DNA of 64,000 nt, taken from the IMG/VR virus record IMGVR_UViG_3300021963_000086, positions 15,270 through 79,269 of that record; one strand, 5' to 3'. A program made the position numbers and the translations under genes. Below, piece by piece: positions 47,255-56,216 of the stretch (the first letter of the stretch is position 1; each line of letters starts with the position of its first letter). The notes under the pieces were generated by a model that was not told the DNA's origin, did not search any database, and saw only the letters and a program-made list of their open reading frames with translations. The DNA comes from a virus.

Positions 47255-47689
47255 TTACTTTCCTGTGTGATAGGTTTGATGAAAAATATCTTTCTTAATT
47301 ACACCGTAGTCATTTGGACCATGCTTTACGATATAATCTTCTCCAGTGTTATATTGTAACTTCTCTCCCCAGCTTGTGTCAACCGTTCCGGAATGATCAG
47401 CTAGCTTTGCGACCTTCAAAATCTTTTTGGGTGTGCAAACACCGTTGCCCAAATCGTCTTTAAGTTCCGCAAACTTTTTTGGAGTGATTGGATACTTCTC
47501 TCCTTTTGGACCAGTCATGATGTAGAATCCTGCATCATATTTTACTGGCCCTTCAAGGGTTTCAATAGTACCCGGCTCCTTAGCAATCTCGTAATGTTCT
47601 TTGGCCGGCTTCTTATATGTTTCAAAGCCGTCATTGAACCAATCGTCGGTAAGAGTCTTACCTTCTACAATGTTAATATATTGTCTCAT
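47255..47689 (-). CDS. PGDYG-like protein (duplicated unit)
   Basis: 'IETLEG...YIMTGPKGEKYPI...F' and 'VDTSWGE...GEDYIV.HGPNDYGVIKKDIF..TY'. Confidence 0.7.
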   Translation of the reverse strand: MRQYINIVEGKTLTDDWFNDGFETYKKPAKEHYEIAKEPGTIETLEGPVKYDAGFYIMTGPKGEKYPITPKKFAELKDDLGNGVCTPKKILKVAKLADHSGTVDTSWGEKLQYNTGEDYIVKHGPNDYGVIKKDIFHQTYHTGK

Positions 47690-47987
47690 TCTTTAATCTC
47701 CATACAAATAGATCGAATTTTAGTACAGTATTCCGCCAAATCCAGTCGCGGAAGGTTTTACGCTCTGCTAACTTCCTATTCAAGTATTTTACAAATTCAG
47801 TATAAAACTTTGTTGCAAAATCAGGATTCCTTTCTAAGTCTTTGACCGTCTTATCTCGCAAGGCGATCATTTCTTTAGTTGACAACTCGGTATAAAACCG
47901 TTCTATGTCAAATGTTGGATGAGTCATACCGCCGGATTGAATATAGGTACGATACCTTTTCAATTCAGCTTCACGACTCATTTTCAT
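47673..47987 (-). CDS. Hypothetical protein
   Basis: 104-aa ORF between rIIA and the PGDYG gene. Confidence 0.6.
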   Translation of the reverse strand: MKMSREAELKRYRTYIQSGGMTHPTFDIERFYTELSTKEMIALRDKTVKDLERNPDFATKFYTEFVKYLNRKLAERKTFRDWIWRNTVLKFDLFVWRLKNETIY

Positions 47988-47989
47988 TC

Positions 47990-50164
47990 TTAGAAACCTT
48001 TCTTAGCATCAATTAGATTGATATACTCGGCAATGTCTTCACCTTTAACACGGTAGCTGTTCAATTTTGATAGCAAAGGATACCGAGCATTGACATTGGT
48101 AAGTTCAGCTTGATATTTAACGATCAAATCATCTGGACTCATGCTAGTGTCTTCACCTAGGAATCGCTTGCACAATTTTGAAATAGTGTACTTGTTAGCA
48201 GAAGTCTTTGGAACGTTCTTAAACACTTCCATAAACTTAGCATACGGACTCTTAGGATCAATCATGGCGCATACTTTTGCATTGTCAGTTAGCGTCATAA
48301 TGTCATTATCATCCAATGATGACTTAACAATACTCATTAATGTCTTTTGCAAAGATGCTTTAAGCACCCTAGCAATATGCACTTCCAAGTTAACCCAGTT
48401 CACTTGTTGCTTAACCCATTCGAGGTCTGTTTTACGAACTCCGTAAACGGAACCTTCAAACAAGTTATCCACTGACGTAATTTCATCTAGCAGTTCCTTG
48501 CCACTACTGTAACCTTTGTCACTGATCATATTAAAACCAGACAAAGGAACATAGTAGTAAGTGCGATTGGAATCAAATTCGTCAGCCTTGCCTGCATCAC
48601 GCCACACCATTTCACGACTGCGATGATAGTTTCGGCCACCACGTTCTTCAAGACGCATAATAGTAACGTCTTTGCCTAGGCTACTTGACTTACGTTCTTT
48701 TGCCAACAACGAGCTAGCAGGAAAGATACGAGCCTCTGGAGGATTTTGAATCTTGTCAAAGAACAAGTTCAATAGCATTGGCTTAGTCTTGTCAGCAGGC
48801 TCTAGCACATAAACATTACGGCAGTATACATCACACGGTGTTTCTCGATAGTGATGTTTGGCACGTTCTACAGCACCAGTCCTAAGATCATTGATAATAA
48901 AGTGACAGTCTTTTTCTACACGAATAGAAAAGGCATCCCATGTAATATAATGACCACTTTTCTTAGCACGGTTCTTACCGTACTCAGTAGTGTTTTTAAG
49001 ATTGGTAATAGTTTTCTGACCGCGATGCTTTTGAAGCCCACGAATAGAAATGTTGTACTTACGTGCGATACTATCTACACCAAGTTTGAATGTACGAGGA
49101 CCACCGTCATGCTTATCAGAATAAGTAGGCAACGGGTTTTGTGCAAGATATTGCACAATAGCGGCACGCCACAGAGCTTGACTTCTCTTTTCTGAGATAT
49201 AGACAGCACGTTCCCATAGATTATCAATCTTGTTTGCTTCGTCAGCAAATCGTATAGTTAGAACATTGTTAAGAGATTCTAGCTTGTTCTTAATAGCTTC
49301 GATGGTTTGTGGAATGTAAGACAAGCCTTCGCGTGATGCTTGGAAGTCCAATTCACCGATGGCGAATTCCATTACTAGACCACAGCCTAGCAAGTGATAC
49401 AGTTCAGACAGATCCTTGCGGTTAGCTTCTGGAAGCTCAATGCGATATGCAATATTTCCCATTACCGCATAAGATGCACTACCTTCAGCGGAATGAACAC
49501 CCGGAATAATATCCTTGTCAATGTATTCAACATCACTGAAGGTAAATGTAGCATACCCAGATACCACAGGTCGTTGTTTGAACCATTTGTAAACTGCACG
49601 GGCTTCGTCGCGGAACTTAGAAAAATCCCAACGATCATTGACAGAAAATTTAACCTCAACGCCGCTGGGGTCTGTAGTTTCTTCTTCCATCATCAAGGCA
49701 ATACTAGGAACACCTTGCTCGTTGATAAAGGCTGTATAGATACCTTTACGACCGTCCTTAATAGCGGTTACAGTAAAGTTATCAGTGTAAGAAAAAGGAG
49801 ACTTACTACCAAGCCCAAGAGCACCAATAAAGTCGTTTGAATCAGTCTTAGTAGATTCAAAGTATGTTGTATAGATGTTAGAAACTTGATCATGTGATAG
49901 CCCTGTGCCGTAGTCACGAATAGCGAACCACGGTTCTAGGTCATTAGGAAGGTGAACATCAAATGGAGTATCAATTCGTCCTGCGGCAACGTGACTGTCG
50001 ATAGCATTGCATGACAGTTCACGAATGATGGCTTTGATCTTGTTAGCATATAGACCAGAGCTTAGAATGTTAAATGCCTTAGCAGAGTTGCGAATGCGGA
50101 ACTCACCAATCTCACCGACATTACTCATGATGGCCTCGTTTTGAGGCGCCTTTGTAATAATCAT
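47990..50164 (-). CDS. rIIA: rIIA-like protein with N-terminal GHKL ATPase
   Basis: 'LYANKIKAIIRELSCNAIDSH', 'IRDYGTGL', 'STK..SND.IGALGLGSKSPF', 'SREGLSY'. Confidence 0.9.
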   Translation of the reverse strand: MIITKAPQNEAIMSNVGEIGEFRIRNSAKAFNILSSGLYANKIKAIIRELSCNAIDSHVAAGRIDTPFDVHLPNDLEPWFAIRDYGTGLSHDQVSNIYTTYFESTKTDSNDFIGALGLGSKSPFSYTDNFTVTAIKDGRKGIYTAFINEQGVPSIALMMEEETTDPSGVEVKFSVNDRWDFSKFRDEARAVYKWFKQRPVVSGYATFTFSDVEYIDKDIIPGVHSAEGSASYAVMGNIAYRIELPEANRKDLSELYHLLGCGLVMEFAIGELDFQASREGLSYIPQTIEAIKNKLESLNNVLTIRFADEANKIDNLWERAVYISEKRSQALWRAAIVQYLAQNPLPTYSDKHDGGPRTFKLGVDSIARKYNISIRGLQKHRGQKTITNLKNTTEYGKNRAKKSGHYITWDAFSIRVEKDCHFIINDLRTGAVERAKHHYRETPCDVYCRNVYVLEPADKTKPMLLNLFFDKIQNPPEARIFPASSLLAKERKSSSLGKDVTIMRLEERGGRNYHRSREMVWRDAGKADEFDSNRTYYYVPLSGFNMISDKGYSSGKELLDEITSVDNLFEGSVYGVRKTDLEWVKQQVNWVNLEVHIARVLKASLQKTLMSIVKSSLDDNDIMTLTDNAKVCAMIDPKSPYAKFMEVFKNVPKTSANKYTISKLCKRFLGEDTSMSPDDLIVKYQAELTNVNARYPLLSKLNSYRVKGEDIAEYINLIDAKKGF

Positions 50165-50172
50165 GTTTATCC

Positions 50173-50427
50173 TTAAATCAAATCAACTTGAACTGGAACC
50201 AGACTGGCATTGTTGTCTGTAGTGCCTTCGTAGTATTGATAGTTAAAACCAAAACCAGTGCCGCCACCGTATGCAAGATTCATTAGTGCGGTTTGAACTG
50301 CCATGCGATGCTTACGGGTCATAATGTCAGAAGTACCACCTACTGTAGTAAAAAAACCAACGCCATCTACAATGACACGAATTTTTTGGCTGTTATTAAG
50401 ACCGTCAATTAATCGTTGTGTACGCAT
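50173..50427 (-). CDS. Small early protein
   Basis: GGAG RBS and promoter upstream. Confidence 0.65.
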   Translation of the reverse strand: MRTQRLIDGLNNSQKIRVIVDGVGFFTTVGGTSDIMTRKHRMAVQTALMNLAYGGGTGFGFNYQYYEGTTDNNASLVPVQVDLI

Positions 50428-50458
50428 TTCAACTCCTGTTTTGTTAACCTATGCCATA

Positions 50459-50487
50459 ATTATAGCAGAATTGGAATTATTGGTCAA
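50459..50487 (-). promoter_or_regulatory. Early sigma70 promoter
   Basis: TTGACC-17-TATAAT; 31 bp identical to 46342-46372. Confidence 0.85.
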
Positions 50488-50492
50488 CCGTT

Positions 50493-50597
50493 TTATGCGC
50501 CAGCAATCACAACCATCAGCCACAAGAGTAGCAGTTGAAAGATGCCGTAGTGGAATCCTGCCCACAGCACAAAAAGTAGTACTAAAAGTTTAATCAT
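50493..50597 (-). CDS. Small membrane peptide (34 aa; not in ORF track)
   Basis: MIKLLVLLFVLWAGFHYGIFQLLLLWLMVVIAGA; fills the gap between genes. Confidence 0.5.
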   Translation of the reverse strand: MIKLLVLLFVLWAGFHYGIFQLLLLWLMVVIAGA

Positions 50598-50598
50598 T

Positions 50599-50793
50599 TT
50601 AGCTGTTCACCGTAGCAAAAGGACTGAGTTCTTCTTGTTGTGTTTTCGCCACATAAAGTTCTGCGGCTTCGACAACTTTTTGACTGTAAATCATTCGCCC
50701 GTGTCGCTTAACATCAGCTAAAACTTGGCCTACCCAAACGCCCTGAAATTTAGCTTCTTTTTGGAGGATACTAACAGCGGTTGAAAGTTTCAT
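50599..50793 (-). CDS. Small early protein
   Basis: Start re-assigned to MKLSTAV, because the longer ORF starts inside the promoter. Confidence 0.6.
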   Translation of the reverse strand: MKLSTAVSILQKEAKFQGVWVGQVLADVKRHGRMIYSQKVVEAAELYVAKTQQEELSPFATVNS

Positions 50794-50821
50794 GTTGAAC
50801 CTTTGTTGTTTCAATGCCCTA

Positions 50822-50850
50822 ATTATACAGGAAATTGGATTTATTGTCAA
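50822..50850 (-). promoter_or_regulatory. Early sigma70 promoter
   Basis: TTGACA-17-TATAAT; 27/29 identical to 7642-7670. Confidence 0.85.
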
Positions 50851-50866
50851 CCACTAAAAACTAGCA

Positions 50867-51229
50867 CTAAAGTACTACACCGTTGCTGTCTCCCCAGCGG
50901 TCTAGGTTTGAGCCGTTTAACTGTAGCAAGAAAGCGTCCTGTTCGCTGAATAAGTGAATGTAAGATTTTGTAAGGAAGTACGGAAACTTCATTGCCCGTT
51001 CTAGAATGATGTGATGCTTGGCAAGCAAATGAAATCCATCTTCAAACTTTACTTTGTAACAGGTAAAAACAGGCTTCATTAATTCGAAGCCTTTCTTAGT
51101 TAATTTTGATCCTTCTTTAGCAGGACCGTAATTTATGAAGATGTCGTAGGGGTTTAGTTTGTCTAGCTTATGATACTCTTTTAGTGCATTGAGTATTACT
51201 TCAGTCTGCTTCTGGGGTTGTGTCGTCAT
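50867..51229 (-). CDS. Conserved hypothetical protein
   Basis: 'LTKKGF...LER.MKFPYF...LF.EQDA..L.L'. Confidence 0.7.
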   Translation of the reverse strand: MTTQPQKQTEVILNALKEYHKLDKLNPYDIFINYGPAKEGSKLTKKGFELMKPVFTCYKVKFEDGFHLLAKHHIILERAMKFPYFLTKSYIHLFSEQDAFLLQLNGSNLDRWGDSNGVVL

Positions 51230-51521
51230 TATTTTTCTCTTTAATGACTTTACCAGCGGTTAGTTGTATAACTTCAAACTTGTCTGTTTTGAATAAAGTG
51301 TTAAGACGCTCTGCTAGGTTAAAAGCATGACCGCTATTACTAAACGATACTTTTTTATACTTTGGTCCGGGGTAGTTAACAAGACTATTTAAGGTACGAA
51401 GATTAATGGGGTTACCCTCGTAGAAAACGGCGTAGATAGCGTCAGCTTCTAAAATTTGCTCACTCTTGTATGTTCTGGGATTTGTATAATCCAGGATTAT
51501 TTGTGGTTTTGGTCTCGCCAT
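51201..51521 (-). CDS. Conserved jumbo-phage protein (putative DNA-binding)
   Basis: 'MARPKP...IYAVFY.G.PINL...PKYKKVSFSN.GHAFNLA.RLN..F'; GGAG RBS. Confidence 0.75.
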   Translation of the reverse strand: MARPKPQIILDYTNPRTYKSEQILEADAIYAVFYEGNPINLRTLNSLVNYPGPKYKKVSFSNSGHAFNLAERLNTLFKTDKFEVIQLTAGKVIKEKNNDDTTPEAD

Positions 51522-51578
51522 CTCTCCGTCCTCTTATAGTTTTATTTAGCTTTAATGACTAATAAAACTAGCTTTAAA

Positions 51579-51971
51579 CTAAATGATTAAACCGGAGTGT
51601 TTTTTGATGGCTTTATGATTGAAGTTAATGATCCATTCTTCGCCGATGCCCATAACACAAGTCATGCCTTCTGTAAAATGCTCTACAATAAGCCATTTTT
51701 TATCTTGTGTATATACCTCTACTAATGACCTAACTTGATTAGTATCATCGTCTCTATTAACACCGATCATTAAAGAAGTAAACGATTCTAGCTGTTCTTT
51801 TATGTCAGGTGTTTTACCACAAATTACTGTTCTATTAATAGTAACCAACGGGGTGTCCGCCGCATTAATGAACGAAGTTACTGCTCTAAGGTCTGTAGTT
51901 CCATTAGAGCTTAATGCAGATATTGCTAGTACGGCTAGCATACCAGCTAAAATAATTTTTACTAGATTCAA
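51579..51971 (-). CDS. Exported/membrane-anchored hypothetical protein
   Basis: N-terminal hydrophobic segment and a Cys pair. Confidence 0.6.
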   Translation of the reverse strand: MNLVKIILAGMLAVLAISALSSNGTTDLRAVTSFINAADTPLVTINRTVICGKTPDIKEQLESFTSLMIGVNRDDDTNQVRSLVEVYTQDKKWLIVEHFTEGMTCVMGIGEEWIINFNHKAIKKHSGLII

Positions 51972-52453
51972 GAAGATCTTTCATTCTTCTTACGTTGGAT
52001 AGCAACCGTCATTTCCATCTCAGTTTTGTATGGACCAATATACTCGTAAGAAGTAAGTGTATTTAGTCTTGGACAAAAGCTATGGGTCCATCCGTTTGGA
52101 AACTTAACACCATAGTAACCTGCTGAGTGATAACTTGTTGACTTTTCACTTTTAGTAAAGATTGGCAATGTTGCATGAACATCTTTGTTTAGTTTGTTAT
52201 ATACAACATTCCATTCGGTAGGAAAACCATCTACATTGTCTTTTGACATTGCGGCCGCGGCCTCGATAGCACTAGTACCTAGACTGACTTCTAGTTCTTG
52301 CTCTAGTTCTTTAATGTCAGTGTATCTACGCAAGCCACCTTTAAAGGTCAAAGTAAAAACATTGTCACCATTGTGGATGGTTCCAACCTTTTGACCTTTT
52401 TCTTCCAGGATCCAGAACTTACCTGGCATGATTGTTTTAGCGAACATTTCCAT
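51968..52453 (-). CDS. Conserved hypothetical protein
   Basis: 'KFWILE..GQKVG...LPIFTK..KS.S..SAGYY...FCP.L.TL..Y.Y.GP.KT'. Confidence 0.7.
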   Translation of the reverse strand: MEMFAKTIMPGKFWILEEKGQKVGTIHNGDNVFTLTFKGGLRRYTDIKELEQELEVSLGTSAIEAAAAMSKDNVDGFPTEWNVVYNKLNKDVHATLPIFTKSEKSTSYHSAGYYGVKFPNGWTHSFCPRLNTLTSYEYIGPYKTEMEMTVAIQRKKNERSS

Positions 52454-53432
52454 TGTACCTTGCATTCAAATATAAAACATGATCGTCGGGACGTTTAGCA
52501 ATTTCTTGCAAATCCCATTTACCGCAAAAACGTAGGAACTCTACTCCTACTTGCTTCTTAGGTTCTGTGGCAATAGATGACTTGATAGTTTCATCTAATG
52601 CTACTATAATATCTTCTGGTTGTTGTGTCAAGTCAATAAGTTTTTTATTGGCTTCATACCTATCTCTTACCCGATGCTCGACACCTTCGTGGTCGGCCCA
52701 ACGCTGAAGCATGAGATTGTTCCAATTATATCCTTTGTCATTTCGGTCGGCAAAGGCTTCACGGAGACCAACTTTATTCTTTGTGCCTTTCTCACGTACT
52801 CCCGGATAAGCACTAAAGATGTTGTCTGAGCTGTCTCCACGCATACACTTCTCAAATAGTAACCATTGTGGGTCAGGTGGGGTTTTGACTTGTTTAGTTT
52901 TCTTATCAATGATAGGTTTACCTTTGTCATCAAAGAATCCTTCTAGCGTTATAGTATGTTTTGCAATACCATTATAAATTTTAACGTTAGGAGCAAGCAA
53001 CTGATAAAAGTCAGAATCACTACTAACAATAACATGTTGATCCTCTGGATGCGTTTGAATCCAACGTGCAATGAAGTCATCTGCTTCGCAACGTTCATGT
53101 CGAACAGTAGAGCAGTTAGTCTTCTCTGTTAAGTAAACTTTGAACTGGTCAAATGCTTCCCAGAACATTTTATCTTCTTCTGCTTCTTTTTCAGTTAGTG
53201 CGGCACGAGCAACAGCGCGGTTGGCTTTATAAGTGTCTGATATTTCCTTACGCCAGCTACGACCTTCAAAACAGAATACTACATGACTACCTTTAAAGTC
53301 ACGCCATACTTTATTAATGCTAGCAAACATAATATGGTATGCCATACCAATCTTTGTTTCGGGATCGTCTCCGCGAACAACGTGACGGGCACGGAAGAAC
53401 ATATTACTGGCGTCAACTAAAATGTGTGTCAT
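52437..53432 (-). CDS. rnh: T4-type RNase H / 5'-3' exonuclease
   Basis: 'ILVD..N.FFR', 'SWRK', 'YKANR', 'EADD', 'SSDSDF.QL', 'GDSSDNI'. Confidence 0.9.
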   Translation of the reverse strand: MTHILVDASNMFFRARHVVRGDDPETKIGMAYHIMFASINKVWRDFKGSHVVFCFEGRSWRKEISDTYKANRAVARAALTEKEAEEDKMFWEAFDQFKVYLTEKTNCSTVRHERCEADDFIARWIQTHPEDQHVIVSSDSDFYQLLAPNVKIYNGIAKHTITLEGFFDDKGKPIIDKKTKQVKTPPDPQWLLFEKCMRGDSSDNIFSAYPGVREKGTKNKVGLREAFADRNDKGYNWNNLMLQRWADHEGVEHRVRDRYEANKKLIDLTQQPEDIIVALDETIKSSIATEPKKQVGVEFLRFCGKWDLQEIAKRPDDHVLYLNARYNGNVR

Positions 53433-53770
53433 TTCTTTTTAGCTCGTTTCTTGGGCAGGTAATCTGCATCAGCTACAAATTTATCTTCTTCAATTACTTG
53501 TCTTGCAATGCCATTGCACAAGTCATTAAACCATTGGTCTACAATTACATCTGCTGTAGCACCGCTATAACCGGCATTAACTAACATTGTAACAAAATGA
53601 TCGTTCCAGTCAAGTTCAAAATGTCCTTCAGTGGGGTTTGTAGGGTCAACTTCAACTTTAATAACCTTGACCCAGGGCTCGCCTTTTTTAGTGGCGGCAT
53701 CTTTTTCAATTTGAGATTCTTCTTTCTTTTTAAGAATTTTTGACAGTTTTTGTTTGAGTTTTTCTAGCAT
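53429..53770 (-). CDS. Conserved hypothetical protein
   Basis: Start MLEKLK; 'GEPWV.V...FELDWND.FV..L..AGY.G...IVDQWF'. Confidence 0.7.
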   Translation of the reverse strand: MLEKLKQKLSKILKKKEESQIEKDAATKKGEPWVKVIKVEVDPTNPTEGHFELDWNDHFVTMLVNAGYSGATADVIVDQWFNDLCNGIARQVIEEDKFVADADYLPKKRAKKK

Positions 53771-53789
53771 AGTATGTATTGTACACGAT

Positions 53790-54077
53790 TTAGATTTCTT
53801 CGTCAAGAACCAATTCAACCAACGGATCGTCTCCGCCTTCTGGATATCCAAATCCATAAGTAACATGGTATTCCTTTTCGCCCAAGAAAAAGACTTCAGT
53901 TAGTGTGCGCTGATTATTGGATGATTCTGCTGGCTCCATAAGAGCAAACATTAATAGTAAATGATCTCGTTCCTCGCCACCAATGTATTGCATTGTGGGC
54001 CCTACAACTTTACGTACAAAGGCTTTGGCTTGTTCCGGCGTCATGTCATTAACAAAACGCTTCATTTCTTGGGACAT
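53790..54077 (-). CDS. Hypothetical protein
   Basis: Start MSQEMKR, coupled to the queE stop. Confidence 0.6.
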   Translation of the reverse strand: MSQEMKRFVNDMTPEQAKAFVRKVVGPTMQYIGGEERDHLLLMFALMEPAESSNNQRTLTEVFFLGEKEYHVTYGFGYPEGGDDPLVELVLDEEI

Positions 54078-54925
54078 TAAGTTCCCCACTCGTTTTTAAA
54101 GAGTGGAACTTGTAGACGGTCACTGTAACGCCAGCCGCGTTTCATTGCTTCGAGTGCAACTGTACGGTTATTTAATACATAAACACTTTCTACGCCGCCT
54201 ACTGGCATTAAATAGACATGACCAGTAAATCCTGCATCACGATAAGCACCAACAGCACATTCGGCATCTGCGACATCTTGCTCGTTAGCAACTACAAACT
54301 TAAGGTAAGTAGTACCCCAGTTCTGATAGTCACATACAACATCGGGACAAATGGCATCTTCCCACTTCTCACCTGAGCAAGGTAATTTAGCACTAACACT
54401 AAATGTAATTTCTCTATCAAAGTCTAGTCTTGGCATCGTCCATTCTAACAAGTAGTCTTTAAAGTCTTCGGTTAGAGGTTGAGTCCCGTTAGTCTCAAAC
54501 GTAATTTCTTTTAAGTTTTCCATTTTAGGATGACGTAGTAAATCTGGATATTGTTTTTGCCAGCCTAGTAAAGGTTCACCTCCCGTAATTACGAGATGTT
54601 CGTCGCGCCACTCCTTGTGCGGTAGCGTATCCACAATAGCGTCGGCAATCGCACTAGAATCCAGAACGGGACTAAGATGCTTAAAGCGAGGATCCCAACT
54701 AGCGTAACTATCACAACCTGTAGACACCAAAGGAAGAGATTTGTACTCGGTGTACTTAGATGGGTCAATATTGTTTGCTTCTTCACTTAGTTCTCCACGT
54801 GGCATGCCAAAGCCTGCACATTTAAAGTTACAACCAAAGGTACGTAAGAACACAGATGGGACACCCATGTAACGACCTTCTCCCTGAATGCTGTAGAACA
54901 GCTCTGCAATTTTAATTTTACTCAT
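54077..54925 (-). CDS. queE: 7-carboxy-7-deazaguanine synthase (radical SAM)
   Basis: 'ELFYSIQGEG..MG.PSVFLRTFGCNFKC...CDS', 'ITGGEPLL', 'ETNGT', 'SDRLQV'. Confidence 0.88.
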   Translation of the reverse strand: MSKIKIAELFYSIQGEGRYMGVPSVFLRTFGCNFKCAGFGMPRGELSEEANNIDPSKYTEYKSLPLVSTGCDSYASWDPRFKHLSPVLDSSAIADAIVDTLPHKEWRDEHLVITGGEPLLGWQKQYPDLLRHPKMENLKEITFETNGTQPLTEDFKDYLLEWTMPRLDFDREITFSVSAKLPCSGEKWEDAICPDVVCDYQNWGTTYLKFVVANEQDVADAECAVGAYRDAGFTGHVYLMPVGGVESVYVLNNRTVALEAMKRGWRYSDRLQVPLFKNEWGT

Positions 54926-55193
54926 AATATAAATTTGACCATTTCTTTAGTTTTTCTTTTTTTGCTTCTTTAGCAAGTTCTAATGTAGCAGGATCTAATA
55001 AGCCTTGTTCAATTAAAATATCGATCATAGCTAATACGTCTCCTACCTCTGTCTCTAACATAGCAGAATGTCTAATGCCAGTTTTAAAATGTAAGGACGT
55101 TAAACCAAACCGTTTACATTTGCTAATCTCTACTATAACTTCTGCACATTCTTCTTGCAAGATACCTAGTGCTTCTTCATTTTTTGGTGTCAT
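54918..55193 (-). CDS. MazG-like NTP pyrophosphohydrolase
   Basis: 'LQEECAEV...SK..RFG...ETEVGDV'. Confidence 0.75.
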   Translation of the reverse strand: MTPKNEEALGILQEECAEVIVEISKCKRFGLTSLHFKTGIRHSAMLETEVGDVLAMIDILIEQGLLDPATLELAKEAKKEKLKKWSNLYYE

Positions 55194-55627
55194 ATTAGAT
55201 CCTTGTCATCGTACTTTTTCCAACGCCAACCAATTTTAGCAAAGTCGCTTTCTACTTCGCCTGACACATATCCTTCGCCAACATAGTCTTTTAACTTAAT
55301 ATATTCTTCTTGCTCTGCAGAAGTTAATGATTGAAACTGATCATCGTCCAACTGAGTATTGTCTCTAATTCCACTACAATACCAATCTATATAGTCCCCA
55401 CCTTGTCCTTCTAGTTCTGCAACAAAGCCGCCGGCCCAACGCCAACTACATGTCCATTCATTGTTACCTGATAGTACAGGTAAGAATTCTGTAGTTTTAT
55501 ACCATATGATATTACACAATGCCGCATATACATTTTGTGCATAAGATTTGTTAGAGCGAATCTTTTGTACAATATGCGGAGTATTGCGGATATCGGCCGC
55601 TAAGTCAACGTGATCTACTATTTCCAT
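55190..55627 (-). CDS. Conserved hypothetical protein
   Basis: 'YAQNVYAALCN...SWR.AGG.VA...GDYIDWYCSG'. Confidence 0.7.
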   Translation of the reverse strand: MEIVDHVDLAADIRNTPHIVQKIRSNKSYAQNVYAALCNIIWYKTTEFLPVLSGNNEWTCSWRWAGGFVAELEGQGGDYIDWYCSGIRDNTQLDDDQFQSLTSAEQEEYIKLKDYVGEGYVSGEVESDFAKIGWRWKKYDDKDLI

Positions 55628-56010
55628 TTTTTATAATTGCCTCGACCGGGGATAACATTACGAACACCACCGATTGGGTCTTCTACGTCTCCGGCCTTTC
55701 TGGGAATCAAATGAATATGCGGCCAATCAACAGTTTGGCCTGCAACTTTACCATAATTTAGTCCAACATTAAAACCTTCCCATATACCTGCATTAACTCT
55801 ATCACGGCCGAATCGGACTGCATCTTCGAATGCGTCTCTCAATACTCCCATGGTATTGTATTTAGGTACAAACAGTAAATGGCCTTCACTTACAGGATAC
55901 TTGTCTTGGTATACTGCAACGTGATAGTCTTCTTCTATTAGCTCTGTCCACGGAGCATTAGAATCTTCTATCTCATTGGGCAACTGATTAAAGACTGGAT
56001 CTACATTCAT
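55618..56010 (-). CDS. HIT family nucleotide hydrolase
   Basis: 'DKYPVSEGHLLFVPK', 'GFNVG.N.G..AGQTV.WPHIHLIPR'. Confidence 0.9.
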   Translation of the reverse strand: MNVDPVFNQLPNEIEDSNAPWTELIEEDYHVAVYQDKYPVSEGHLLFVPKYNTMGVLRDAFEDAVRFGRDRVNAGIWEGFNVGLNYGKVAGQTVDWPHIHLIPRKAGDVEDPIGGVRNVIPGRGNYKKWK

Positions 56011-56216
56011 TTGGTCATACTTTTTGGTAAATTTTCTTCTTTGATAAAAAATTCTAATCCTGCAAGCGAACCCACGTAAGCACTATTCTTATATCCTAAA
56101 GATATCTTAACATTTGCTACACTTACTTCTAAGTATTGTTTAGGTTTAAAATTAAGTACCCATGCTTCTACATCTTTATTTTTATCAGTGCAATGTAACT
56201 TGAGAGGTCTTTCCAT
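56007..56216 (-). CDS. Small hypothetical protein
   Basis: Start MERPLK, coupled to the PRTase stop. Confidence 0.55.
   Translation of the reverse strand: MERPLKLHCTDKNKDVEAWVLNFKPKQYLEVSVANVKISLGYKNSAYVGSLAGLEFFIKEENLPKSMTK

Noticed and set aside
50794-50850. N-terminal extensions of track ORFs (also 46313-46339 and 45398-45433)
   Set aside because: These starts lie within promoter or leader sequence; downstream ATGs fit better.
7642-50850. Dispersed ~30-bp repeats as CRISPR repeats, att sites or IS ends
   Set aside because: Fully explained as -35/17/-10 promoters; no cas, integrase or transposase in the window.
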